Origin: Thermofilaceae archaeon
GTDB taxonomy: Archaea; Thermoproteota; Thermoprotei; Thermofilales; Thermofilaceae
Assembly (NCBI GenBank): GCA_038861545.1
Contig: JAWCCZ010000002.1
Span: 192,001-256,000 of the forward strand
DNA: 64,000 nt
Reading direction: 5' to 3'
Below are positions 48,590-58,614 of this stretch, one piece after another (the first letter of the stretch is position 1; each line of letters begins with the position of its first letter). The notes under the pieces are model-generated. The model was not told where the DNA came from. It saw only the letters and a program-made list of their open reading frames with translations, and ran no database searches. The position numbers were made by a program, and so were the translations under genes.

Positions 48590-50113
48590 TTACAAGTACT
48601 TCCAGATACCCACTCCTCTGTAATTATATACTATTGTTTTATAAGCGGTGACGTATTCAACCGAGTAACCGATTCCCTCCCTTCCTATACCTGAATCCTT
48701 TCTACCTCCGAACGGATAATAGCCGACTCCATGTCTAGGCATGTCGTTCACGTATATGGCTCCGAACTCAAGGAATCTCGCAAGCTTCCTTATTCGGTTT
48801 ATATCATGCCCGAAAATTGATGCATCAAGACCATACCTTCTACCGTTTGCAAGCTCAATAGCCTCGTTATCGTTCTCAAAAGTTGTCACCACGGCTACTG
48901 GAGCGAAGATTTCCTCCCTGTATAGTTTAAGTTCTTTTAAAGCGCCCTTGTCAAGCACTTCAACTAAAGTGGGTTCAACATAAGTTGCTCCAAGCCGCTT
49001 CCCACCATAGAGGACTTTGCCTCCATGCTTTACAGCTTCCTCCACAGCTGATAGCATCTCATCTACAGTGGTAGAATCTATCACCGGCCCCATCGCGGTG
49101 TGAGCGTCGCGGGGATCGCCCACTTTGACCTTCGAAAGCTCATCCACGAGTCTTTTGGCGAACTCCTCGTAGATGAAGCTCTCCACGAGGATCAGCTTAA
49201 TGGCGTCACACCGCTGACCAGCGTAACTGTAGACGCCAGCTGCAACCCTCTCTGCTGCAAAGTCGATGTCAGAATCTGCTAGCACTAAGGCGGGGTCTCC
49301 GCCACCTAGCTCCATAACGAATTGCTTGATACCAGCTGTGGCTAGCACCTTCCTGCCAGTCGAGCTGCTGCCTGTAAGGCTAATGACGCTTATCCTCTCA
49401 TCCTCTATTAATCGCTCACTTTCCCTTCCCGGGATGGTAAGCACAGCGAAAGCCTCACCTGGGAAACCGGCTTCCTCCACAAGCTTGGCGAACATGAGTA
49501 CTGGTAGAGGATCCATGGAAGGCGGTTTCACTACAACCGCGTTGCCAGGCACGATGCTATATGCGAACTTGGATACGGTATCGAATAGCGGGTAATTAAA
49601 GGGGATTATCGCTAGGACCAGCCCGTAGGGTTCCCTTCGGATAATGGCTTCTGTTTCCGCTGTCGTGGGATCCCAGTCGCCGGGTGCATATTCCCCGAAA
49701 ACCTTTCTAGCGTCTAAATCCGCTCTCCTTAGCCTGTCGATACTCGCGTTCACCTCACCCACTGCTTGGCTCTTAGTCTTCCCACTGTTCACTATAAGCG
49801 AATCCACGAATGTGTTTTTGTGCTCCTCTATAAGGTCTGCAATCCTATCCAGTACCTCCAGCCTCCTGTGGCCCGGCGTGTCTCTGATCCTCCAGCGGCC
49901 AACCTTGTATACGGTTTCTAGAACTTTATCGACTTCCCGCCAGCTTAACCTCGGAACCTTAGCGATTACGCTCAAGTCAATCGGGCTTTTAACTTCTGTA
50001 AACGCTTCACCTTCAAGCCACTCGCCGGCTGCGTACGTTTTGAACTTGTAAACTCCATCTTCCTCCGTGAAAATACCTTTAAACAGCTTGTCATGTAGAC
50101 TCAACAATCCCAT
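48590..50113 (-). CDS. gapN: Non-phosphorylating NADP-dependent glyceraldehyde-3-phosphate dehydrogenase
   Basis: PFNYP, MELGGGDP, AGQRCDA, EEIFAP and PRHGVGYYPFGGRKDSG...REGIGYS, typical of archaeal GAPN. Confidence 0.9.
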   Translation of the reverse strand: MGLLSLHDKLFKGIFTEEDGVYKFKTYAAGEWLEGEAFTEVKSPIDLSVIAKVPRLSWREVDKVLETVYKVGRWRIRDTPGHRRLEVLDRIADLIEEHKNTFVDSLIVNSGKTKSQAVGEVNASIDRLRRADLDARKVFGEYAPGDWDPTTAETEAIIRREPYGLVLAIIPFNYPLFDTVSKFAYSIVPGNAVVVKPPSMDPLPVLMFAKLVEEAGFPGEAFAVLTIPGRESERLIEDERISVISLTGSSSTGRKVLATAGIKQFVMELGGGDPALVLADSDIDFAAERVAAGVYSYAGQRCDAIKLILVESFIYEEFAKRLVDELSKVKVGDPRDAHTAMGPVIDSTTVDEMLSAVEEAVKHGGKVLYGGKRLGATYVEPTLVEVLDKGALKELKLYREEIFAPVAVVTTFENDNEAIELANGRRYGLDASIFGHDINRIRKLARFLEFGAIYVNDMPRHGVGYYPFGGRKDSGIGREGIGYSVEYVTAYKTIVYNYRGVGIWKYL

Positions 50114-50213
50114 ACCTACCGAAAATTTCTCGACAGTGTCATACTAAAACTTTTCGATCCAGAGATGGGATACACTTAAGACTCCCTCAGAGCGTTACAG
50201 TTAGGTGGCTTAG

Positions 50214-51311
50214 TTGAGCGCTGCGGAAAGATTCAACGAACACGTCATAAGAAGGTACTTGAGGGCAGGTTACATGCTCGTGGGAAAGCATTCAGCTGTA
50301 GAGGTGTGTAGGTGGACAAAAAGCGCCTTAAAGGGCGAGCGCATGTGTTATAAGCGCTGGTACGGCATTAATAGCCACCGTTGCATTCAGATGACACCTG
50401 CGCTGAATTTCTGCAACTTCGCCTGTATCTTCTGCTGGAGACCCCACCTTGAAGGCCGTTTCACAATACCCGAGGGGTGGTACTGGGATGAGCCCCGGGA
50501 AATAGTGAATGGTGTGATTCATGCCCAGAGAAAGCTGCTTGTCGGCTACAAGGGTAACCCAAAAACCGTTAGGGAACGCTTCCTTGAAGCGATGTTCCCC
50601 CGTCATGTGGCGATAAGCCTAGATGGAGAGCCTATCCTCTATCCTAAGCTGGCGGATTTAATCAATGAGGTAAAGACAAGAGGGATGACTGCGTTTCTAG
50701 TTACTAACGCATCCTTGCCTCATAGGCTTGAAGAACTGCTCAGGAGAAAAGCCGAGCCGACAAACCTCTACTTCAGCATTTATGGACCCAACGTTGAAGT
50801 TTTCGCTAAGACCGCTAAACCGCTCATGTCTAAGGTTTGGGAGCTTGTAATGGAGAGCCTCGATCTAGTACCAAAGTTCAGTTGTAGGACTGTAATGAGG
50901 TTAACTATGGTTAAAGGGGTTAACATGGTGGACCCCGAGGGCTATTCAAAACTAATCGAGCGATCACAGCCACGTTTCGTCGAATTGAAGGGTTACACTT
51001 GGGTGGGAGAAAGCCAGAAACGACTCCCCATTGCAGCGATGCCCACCATTCAAGAACTGGAGGAGTTTGCGAAAAAAATCGCCGACTCGGCTGACTACCA
51101 GCTGAAGCTCACTGACGAGAAAAGCCGCGTAGTCATGCTAGTAAGGGACGAGGAAACATGGGAGTGGAACTTGAAGCTGATCGAGAAGCAGAAAAGAGTT
51201 GAGGAGGAGTTTGACATTGAATGGAGAGGGAAAATCAGGGATTTCAAGCTGAGGACTTACGTGCCGCCACATGCGCGGAAACCGGGTCCTGTACCCCTTA
51301 AACCAGGGTGA
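50214..51311 (+). CDS. taw1: tRNA 4-demethylwyosine synthase (radical SAM)
   Basis: HSAVEVC-x-W, CYK-x-YGI-x-SHRCIQMTP, CNFACIFCWR and SLDGEP motifs. Confidence 0.95.
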   Translation: MSAAERFNEHVIRRYLRAGYMLVGKHSAVEVCRWTKSALKGERMCYKRWYGINSHRCIQMTPALNFCNFACIFCWRPHLEGRFTIPEGWYWDEPREIVNGVIHAQRKLLVGYKGNPKTVRERFLEAMFPRHVAISLDGEPILYPKLADLINEVKTRGMTAFLVTNASLPHRLEELLRRKAEPTNLYFSIYGPNVEVFAKTAKPLMSKVWELVMESLDLVPKFSCRTVMRLTMVKGVNMVDPEGYSKLIERSQPRFVELKGYTWVGESQKRLPIAAMPTIQELEEFAKKIADSADYQLKLTDEKSRVVMLVRDEETWEWNLKLIEKQKRVEEEFDIEWRGKIRDFKLRTYVPPHARKPGPVPLKPG

Positions 51312-51527
51312 GCTACTAATTGAGCATTTCACTTTAAACTCTTCTTCATATTCCAATTCTTTATTGAATTCCTAACTACGTGTGTAAATTTACACTGTTC
51401 GGCACAGCTACTCGTATTCAAGGGACATGAACCTCACGCTACGTCAAAGCACCTGACAGCAAGCTCATTGAATAGCCTTAAAGAGGAATAGAGTTCCAGC
51501 TTATAAAGCCCCTATTGAGTAGGGGTT

Positions 51528-52760
51528 GTGCTTCAGTGGAAAAAAAGGCTCAGTGGAAACGCTAAGTGGTTAATTGCAACTGAACCTGGATGGTCGATAC
51601 CGATGCCCTGGGTCTTCTACTATATGCCGCTATACCTAGTGATGGTGGGGGTTGGCGAAATCGAATATGGAGCTCTCTCAAGCTTGTCCAGGGGTTTATC
51701 GATTGCAGCCCCGTTGTTCGCTATGCCGGTCGCAGCGAAACTGGGTCTTAAGCGCGCTTTCCTGGTCCTCGACACAATAAGCAACGTGGGCATGCTTCTT
51801 CCACTCGCAGTTGGAAAAAGGGAGCCCGTCGCCTTAGCTTTTATTTTCTCTGGGTTAGCACCTTCCTCCGCAATACTCTGGGAGGTACTTCTAGTTGAAG
51901 GAACAGGCTCGGAAGCTCTCGTGGCGGCGTATTCAGTGCCTGGGATCATTTACCTAATAGGAAACTTGCTAACACCTTTAGCAGGAATAGTGTTGAATAA
52001 ATTCAGCCTAGTCGAGGGCTACAAGTTGGTGGTTCTAACAGCTCTTTCATCATTCCTAGCTAAAACAGCGATCCTAGTTGTAACTCTTAAAGAGCCTGGG
52101 TCCAAGCTCGAGAGAGAAAGGGAGAAAGATGGGCTTCGCGAGGCTATTAAGCTTATAATCTCAGACGGTAGGATGCGCGCCCTTCTGCTTTTCTCGGTTT
52201 TCTCTTCCGTGATATACGCGGTATTCGGGTACCAGTCGTTGTACCTCTGTGACGATAGAGGACCAAGGATGACTGTTGAGAATGCCAGTCTTATACCCAG
52301 CTTCTCCTCTACCGTCTCGCTAGCCACTCTCACGTTCGTGACAGCAATGTCCCATTTAAACAGAGTCAGCTACCTGACTACAGCTGCTGCGGCCGGCGTG
52401 ACAGCTTACATCCTGTACGCTCTTTCGTCCACAAGGCCTGCTCTAGCCTTCGCAGCCGCCTTAGCCTCAGGTTTAAGAGGAGCTGAGTTCTCTGTATCGA
52501 GAGCTTATTTCGTGGATCTCTTGAAGGGATCCGACGCCGTAGCTAAGGGGCACGCAATATCCTTGCTGTATACGCTCAGCAGCATTGTAACGGTTCCGGC
52601 TCCCATGCTTGTGGGGCTACTCTACAGTATCCACCCGGTAAGCATCTGGCTACTCGCTTTATCGGCCTCCTTCGGGCAACTAATTGTGCTAACTTGGTTG
52701 ACGAAACATAAACAGGGTTTGTCAAGCGTTAGTGGGTGCTTCTCCTTAAATAAGGCTTAA
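51528..52760 (+). CDS. MFS transporter
   Basis: About 12 TMs with 6+6 organisation. Confidence 0.8.
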   Translation: MLQWKKRLSGNAKWLIATEPGWSIPMPWVFYYMPLYLVMVGVGEIEYGALSSLSRGLSIAAPLFAMPVAAKLGLKRAFLVLDTISNVGMLLPLAVGKREPVALAFIFSGLAPSSAILWEVLLVEGTGSEALVAAYSVPGIIYLIGNLLTPLAGIVLNKFSLVEGYKLVVLTALSSFLAKTAILVVTLKEPGSKLEREREKDGLREAIKLIISDGRMRALLLFSVFSSVIYAVFGYQSLYLCDDRGPRMTVENASLIPSFSSTVSLATLTFVTAMSHLNRVSYLTTAAAAGVTAYILYALSSTRPALAFAAALASGLRGAEFSVSRAYFVDLLKGSDAVAKGHAISLLYTLSSIVTVPAPMLVGLLYSIHPVSIWLLALSASFGQLIVLTWLTKHKQGLSSVSGCFSLNKA

Positions 52761-52820
52761 ATACATAATTGCTAGGCGGCAATGCGTAAAAGACTTTAGA
52801 CCAACTTGTGCGCTAAAACT

Positions 52821-54377
52821 TCATTTCGTTCTAGATCTCACCAATCCGATTATAGTCCCTTCGAGCTGCAGGATCGGTTTAATTATCGAGCGCAGGGGAA
52901 CACGGTCAAGCATAACTCCCAAAGCATCCAAGTCACTGTGGTCGAGACAGCCCAGAATAGGCGTTAGTACTCCGTAGGCTAGTAAGTACACAGGTACTGA
53001 GCTAGCAAGCCGTATGAGGTAGTGCACTCCAGTTAACATGATTAGCGCTGCCGGCACAGCTGCTAAAAGCGCTGCAACGCTTAAGCGAACCGCGGTCCTC
53101 CAATCCACATCGGCACCCCGCTCGATGGCTTCTCTTAAGCTGTAAAGGCTTGATGCGAGACTGGATACGAGTGTTGCAGCGATCACACCGTGAATGCTGG
53201 CAAAGGGCGCTAGTGCAGTTGACAAGGGAAAGAAAATAAAGGCATAAAATACCATAGCTTTAAAGTTTACACGGGTTTCACCGATCCCTTGAAAGAAGCT
53301 GCCAAGCGCGACTGTTCCAAGGCCAGTCCATAGGAAGCTTACAGCTTGAAGGGACAGGTAAATTGGAGCTAAACGGTAAGCTTCTCCGTACACTAACCGA
53401 ACTAGATCCCAAGACCCAATGAGAACGTAAGCACCCAGGGGTGCGAGCATAAGGGCTGAGTACTTAGCCGCGTAGCGGAAGGCTCTTTTAGCGTCGGTTT
53501 TCTCTAGCTTAGAGAAAGTCGGGAAAAGGGTAGTAGCGATGGGGGCGGAGAAAAGCTGGAGAAGAGCGAGAAAATTCGCGGCTACTTTAAGGTTCCCTAC
53601 TTCCTCGTCTGTCGCAAACCATGCAATAATTGAGTTCTGGTACACACTAAGAGCCGTGCCGAGAGCAGTTGACCCATAAATGGGTAACCCATACTCAAGA
53701 AATACCCGCAGCTTCCCCCATTCGGCTGGTCCAAAAGCCTCAATCCTTCTTCGAAGTAGCAACAAGCCGACGATAGCTGCAAGAGCATGGCCAGTTACGA
53801 AGCCCAGTACTGCACCGCTACACCCCCAGTAAAGGGATAACGTTAGAGAAGCGATGCTGCGAAAAGTATCTCGTACAATTGGGAGTAAACCGAGAGCTTT
53901 GGCATCGCCTAAACCCAGTAAAGCTGAGTGAGATAAATTCAACAAAGAGTTAAAAACTACTAGTGGCAACGCGATACGCGCAACTGGCGCTAACTCAGGC
54001 CTGTTTAAGAGTATTGCAGATAACTCCTCGGAGAACATGAAACCGAGAACCATAGAACATAGGGATGTGGATAAAACGAATCTGAGAGCAAGGCCAGCGA
54101 GCGGGGAGGCTGAACTTAAATCCCCCTTAGCCGATAACCTGGACATTTCTCTAGCTAGAGCTGCTGATAACCCGAAATCCGTGGTCAACATGAGAAAACC
54201 GGGTATCGTTATCGAAAGCGAGTACTTCCCGTACTCCTCTGGGCCGAGAATCCTAGCTAAAAATATCGAGGAAAAACCAGCTACCAGTGTAGCTAGAACT
54301 TGCCCTCCGAATAGCGAGAAAACGCTGACCACGCTTCCCGAGGCAGCGTCAGCTAGCGTACTCTGATCTTCCATCAA
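52821..54377 (-). CDS. Wzx/MOP-family oligosaccharide flippase
   Basis: LARILGPEEYG, DFGLSAAL and LFPTFS motifs; about 14 TMs. Confidence 0.9.
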   Translation of the reverse strand: MMEDQSTLADAASGSVVSVFSLFGGQVLATLVAGFSSIFLARILGPEEYGKYSLSITIPGFLMLTTDFGLSAALAREMSRLSAKGDLSSASPLAGLALRFVLSTSLCSMVLGFMFSEELSAILLNRPELAPVARIALPLVVFNSLLNLSHSALLGLGDAKALGLLPIVRDTFRSIASLTLSLYWGCSGAVLGFVTGHALAAIVGLLLLRRRIEAFGPAEWGKLRVFLEYGLPIYGSTALGTALSVYQNSIIAWFATDEEVGNLKVAANFLALLQLFSAPIATTLFPTFSKLEKTDAKRAFRYAAKYSALMLAPLGAYVLIGSWDLVRLVYGEAYRLAPIYLSLQAVSFLWTGLGTVALGSFFQGIGETRVNFKAMVFYAFIFFPLSTALAPFASIHGVIAATLVSSLASSLYSLREAIERGADVDWRTAVRLSVAALLAAVPAALIMLTGVHYLIRLASSVPVYLLAYGVLTPILGCLDHSDLDALGVMLDRVPLRSIIKPILQLEGTIIGLVRSRTK

Positions 54378-54777
54378 ACTGCCGATAACCTAAGATTAAT
54401 AATAATTATTGTTGGTTTATATTAAAACCGAACTGCCCAGTCCATGCCTCATGCTTCGCATACAACGTGTGGATTGGGTCATCCTATCCTTAGCACCCGC
54501 CCCCGGTTCTATCTTTTCCAATCCTGATGGTTTAAGCTAAGTGCTTACTAGACCCGGCGGTGTGGAGACGCTGACGGCACATCTGAACCTCCCGAAGCTC
54601 TTGGTAAGATCGCGAAATACCCGCTGTGTAAACTTAGAGAAAAAGCTCGTTATAACAAATGAAAAACTTAGTGTTGCTTTTCTAAGACCCGTAGATAGCG
54701 AAAAGCCTTAGGTATGCTGTGCTGGTTTGGATATGCTTATATACTTGTATATTATGCAAGTATAGCAGGTCGACGCT

Positions 54778-54987
54778 ATGAGTGAAGCTACGACCGTCAG
54801 GGTTTCAAAGGGGACGCTTAGGATGCTTGAGAACATGCGTAGAAGGCTGAATGCTTCCACGCTCGATGAGACTATACGGCTGCTCATCGTTCAGCAACGT
54901 AAAAGGAGACTTGAGGAGGTTTTCGGCGTGGATAAGGGGAGGGTGAAACCCTTTTCAGAGGAGGATCGCGGTGAGGATCGTAGTTGA
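54778..54987 (+). CDS. vapB: VapB-type antitoxin
   Basis: TTVRVS DNA-binding start and LEEVFG tail; overlaps a PIN gene. Confidence 0.8.
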   Translation: MSEATTVRVSKGTLRMLENMRRRLNASTLDETIRLLIVQQRKRRLEEVFGVDKGRVKPFSEEDRGEDRS

Positions 54988-55381
54988 CACCTACGCGTGG
55001 ATTGAGGTATTTATTGGAGGTAGAAACAGTGAAAAAGTGAAGGAGATTATCGAGGGATCCGAAGAAGTGTACACGCCGGACGTAGTGTTAGCTGAAATAG
55101 CCCGTAAATACTTGAAGGAGGGAGTGGAGGGGTGGGAAATTATCGAGCGCTTAAAAGTGATAGAGGAAACTTCCGAGATCGTCCCCATAGATAGGTGTAT
55201 AGCCCTTGAAGCTGCAAAATGTTACGCGGAGCTCGTGGAAAAAGCTAGGCGGGAGAAATTAAAGGCCCCAAGCCTCTTCGACGCCATAATACTGGCTACC
55301 GCAAGAACACGCGACGCAGAACTGATTACTGGAGACGAGCACTTCAAGGGAGTAGATAAAGTGGTATGGATAGGATTTTGA
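54971..55381 (+). CDS. vapC: VapC PIN-domain ribonuclease toxin
   Basis: VVDTYAWIE, VLAE, SLFDAIILA and LITGDEHF acidic catalytic set. Confidence 0.9.
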   Translation: MRIVVDTYAWIEVFIGGRNSEKVKEIIEGSEEVYTPDVVLAEIARKYLKEGVEGWEIIERLKVIEETSEIVPIDRCIALEAAKCYAELVEKARREKLKAPSLFDAIILATARTRDAELITGDEHFKGVDKVVWIGF

Positions 55382-55539
55382 GCTTTACTGGCTAAGCTGA
55401 TGGCATTGACAGCAAATCATTCAGCTGTGAAGGATGCCGATGGGATTACTATCAGCATTGCACGGTTGAATCGGTTGCGACAAAGTTTTCTTCTGAGAGA
55501 AGGCTTTACGCTTAAACTGCGAGTCTAAATTAAGGGACT

Positions 55540-55920
55540 GGCACGTTCTTACTGACCAATTCTCTCCTACACCCCAATTTTTCCTTAAGAACTTCGTGAA
55601 CCGGGCTTCTACCGCCCGCTCGGGCTCCACAGGTTGGTTAACGTTTACATAGTACTCGTGATAACTTTCCCAAGCTCGCTGGAAAAACCTTCCAGGGTAG
55701 TGCGTTGAACGGCCCGGGAGCCTCTCTAGCGTGCACCCCTATCTGTGTCCGCACATCAGCTCAATTATTTTCCATAGTTATTGAGAACCTTCCACAAGTC
55801 CGGCAAGTCTAACTGGTGCCAACGTTTCCATTGGAGTGGGGAAACACCTGGCTACGGCGCTTCCTGTGCGCTGCCTCGTACCATTTTAAAGAAGACAATG
55901 TGAGGGGCCGGATGATAGTT
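55540..55920 (-). pseudogene. Possible remnant of an alkaline-phosphatase-superfamily (type I phosphodiesterase) gene
   Basis: Ordered fragments across frames: TIIRPLT...W...TG, PDLWKVLNNYGK* (55803-55765) and EYYVNV (55657-55640). Confidence 0.4.
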
Positions 55921-55929
55921 GGGGGAACG

Positions 55930-57198
55930 TTAATCTCCTACCCCTATTAGTAGGATATCGCTATTCAGCTCAGGCATTCGAATCAGTGTGCAGTCCCCCG
56001 ACTCCTCGACCACGGGCTTTATGAAGCTACGGGTCTCAAGCGCGAAACCCTCCCACTCATACGATGCTGAGTCAACCCTCAGCTTAACATCCCAGTTATA
56101 CGGGGCGTAAACCACCAGCTTACCCTTCCCTTGCGCCACTCTGATATCCTGGTTCATAGGGGACAGAACCTCGTTAGCCGGCTTTATATCGAATAAATCA
56201 TGCTTTTCGAACAGCCATTTCGCAAAAGCTACGTCGAAAGCGCCTTTAAACCCTAAAGCAGACCTCCAATCGTAAGATGGACCCGAGTACCCTTCGCCGT
56301 AGAAAACCCTTTCCAGCTTATGCCAGTTCCAGATACCGAGCGCGCCGTAAGCTACACCGGCCTTCGCGCCGGATAGAAGGCTCCACCAAACGGCTCGCCT
56401 AACGTCAGCCCTGGTGAACCTGTTGTACTTACCGCCGGCTATCCCCTCGTAGCAAGGTTCCCCGTTGACGACCGGCCTCTTCACCGGCATCCTATAGAAT
56501 TTCTCAGCCAGCTCGTAGGCCAGCCGCTGGCTATCCCTATCGTGGCCCGACTGGTACATGTAGAAATCGTAGTACGGAGATTTCCATACAGCTTCAGGTA
56601 GCTCCCAAAGCCCGCCCATTAAGTGCATCGTTGTAAGGCAGGAGTAACCCCTACTCTTAACCACCTTTAAGGCGGTAGTGTAGTACTCCACCGCCTCCTC
56701 GTTCTCGAAGTTCGTATCCCCGCTGATCACGAACACTGGATCGTACTTCCCAAATTTCTCAGCCACGTACTCCACGTAGGATTCAAGGTTCTCCCTCGGG
56801 ATAACTCTAGTCGGTTTAATAAGCCTCGACCCCCAAGTGCCGGGCACGTAATTGCACCAGAGAACCACGAGCGCCAGCGTGAAACCAGCCTCAACAGCCA
56901 TTCCAACCATTTTCTCGGCACGGTCAAAGTACTCTTCGTTAACCTTGCTGAAGTCCCACACTCCGCTAGAGGCCTGTTTAAATGGTTCAGGGAAAGCGTT
57001 CAGCTCGCTTCTATCGTGCTGGGGTAGCACGTTGATCTGGAGAGCGTTAAACCCCTGCATTCTCCTATATTCAAGGTAGTACTTCCAATCGTCCAGCGAG
57101 GCATTCGTAAAAGCGCTCCAGCAGGTATCAGCTAAGTAAAAGAACTTTTTCCCACCCCTTAGAAAATGATCCCCAGATTCGGAAATCGTTACCTTCAT
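55930..57198 (-). CDS. DUF4038 / GH140 (apiosidase-like) glycoside hydrolase
   Basis: FFYLADTCW, QGFN, YQSGH, PVVNGEPCYEG and GVAYGA-x-GIW motifs. Confidence 0.8.
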   Translation of the reverse strand: MKVTISESGDHFLRGGKKFFYLADTCWSAFTNASLDDWKYYLEYRRMQGFNALQINVLPQHDRSELNAFPEPFKQASSGVWDFSKVNEEYFDRAEKMVGMAVEAGFTLALVVLWCNYVPGTWGSRLIKPTRVIPRENLESYVEYVAEKFGKYDPVFVISGDTNFENEEAVEYYTTALKVVKSRGYSCLTTMHLMGGLWELPEAVWKSPYYDFYMYQSGHDRDSQRLAYELAEKFYRMPVKRPVVNGEPCYEGIAGGKYNRFTRADVRRAVWWSLLSGAKAGVAYGALGIWNWHKLERVFYGEGYSGPSYDWRSALGFKGAFDVAFAKWLFEKHDLFDIKPANEVLSPMNQDIRVAQGKGKLVVYAPYNWDVKLRVDSASYEWEGFALETRSFIKPVVEESGDCTLIRMPELNSDILLIGVGD

Positions 57199-57542
57199 TG
57201 TCCTTTACCGCCTTAGAATTAGTTTATATATGTGTGCTTCCATCCACGTGCGAGCAGGAGAAGCATACTGGAGCTGTAAATAATCCGGGTGCGCACCTTT
57301 AACCCGTGTTTTTCGGCTACTTGATCCTCTTCGCAGAGCCTGTTGTAAACCCCCTTGGGGTAGGTGGTGGTTGCTTCGACTTCCATACTTCAGACTAGCT
57401 ATAAGCGCGCGTTTCCCTTAAAACAATATATAGTTAACTGGTAAACTTCTGAACAGGTACACTCAACTGAAAACGCTGACAGCTATGTTTTTACTTTCTG
57501 CTATCCGAAAGAGTCATATAATTTGGTAGAGTATTATGATCT

Positions 57543-58178
57543 GTGAGTTTGTCAGAAAGAGAGGTCGAAGAGCTAACCAAGAGAGCTCTACGTGATGCCT
57601 ACTTTTCAGAGCGCGAAGTAGTTAAGAGCGCGCCTACAAACGTGGTGTACCCAACCGAGCTGAACCAGTGCTTGCGTAAAAGCTGGTATGAGCGGACAGT
57701 CGCTGAACCGCCACCCCCTGAGCGGTTAGTTCTCTTCCTACTCGGCGAAAAGCTACACGATGTAGCTGGAGAGTACTTCCCGATCGGGACCGGAGAGAAG
57801 ACCTTTGAGAAAACTGTGGAGGGGGTTATAATAAGAGGACGATTAGACCGTGAACTCCCCTCATGCCTTGTAGAGTTTAAGAGCACCACCACTATACCTG
57901 AGAGTCCCAGACCATACCATGTGGATCAAGCCCAACTTTATATGTGGTTAACAGGAAAAGATCATGCTTTCATCGTCTATGTTTCAAAGAATACTGGTGA
58001 AGTAAAAGCATTCCGAGTGCAACGGGACGAAAAGCGTATCGAAGAACTGCTGAAAAGGGCTGTTGAGTACAGTAGCCACCTCCAAGCGAGTGCCCCGCCG
58101 CAACCGGAGCCCGGGTTCCTCTGCAAGTACTGTGACTACATTCAGCTATGCCCAGCGAATATGGGATCCCAAGCTTAG
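57543..58178 (+). CDS. cas4: Stand-alone Cas4-family PD-(D/E)xK nuclease with 4Fe-4S ligands
   Basis: QCLRK, G-x-x-LH, GRLD, VEFKS, QAQLY and CKYCDYIQLC motifs. Confidence 0.85.
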   Translation: MSLSEREVEELTKRALRDAYFSEREVVKSAPTNVVYPTELNQCLRKSWYERTVAEPPPPERLVLFLLGEKLHDVAGEYFPIGTGEKTFEKTVEGVIIRGRLDRELPSCLVEFKSTTTIPESPRPYHVDQAQLYMWLTGKDHAFIVYVSKNTGEVKAFRVQRDEKRIEELLKRAVEYSSHLQASAPPQPEPGFLCKYCDYIQLCPANMGSQA

Positions 58179-58179
58179 T

Positions 58180-58540
58180 TTTAGAAAGTTAACTCGCATC
58201 ACTAAGCCTTCTGCTCTACGGTACTTCTGCATTGATTTTCGAAATGATATACTGATGCATCGTTGAAGTTGACGCCTTCCATAGCAGCTAGTACAGCGCT
58301 CTCGAGTATGTATAGTCATCCACCCCTTCAACGCTCAGGTTTTCCTTTGAGAAAAGGTCTCTATAAAGCGATGAAGGGTTGCCCATCTGTATCCTTCAAC
58401 TCGTTCACTATTTCGATAATATACACCGCTACCTGCTTAGCTCACTTTTTCGCGTTAGCTCCTGTAGGTATTTCTTCACTTCCTCTGTTTGAAATTAATT
58501 ATAGAAGAGAACATTAGCATCGATTATTTTGAGCTGATTT
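58180..58540 (-). pseudogene. Decayed VapC/PIN-domain gene
   Basis: IIDANVLFYN* from about 58527, then IIEIVNELKD, RDLFSKENLSVEGVDDYTY and LESAVLAAMEGVNFNDASVY in shifting frames. Confidence 0.65.
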
Positions 58541-58614
58541 AGAAAGGCGTTTTCAAATAAGCCTCTCTGGTAACGGTAGCGGCGGATTGAAAAAGCCGTG
58601 TTATAGAGGGGGGT

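Noticed and set aside
57200-58600. CRISPR array near cas4
   Set aside because: No regularly spaced direct repeats seen here or elsewhere in the window
52800-58600. Integrated mobile element
   Set aside because: No integrase, transposase, att repeats or target tRNA recognised; reported only as a variable, decaying patch
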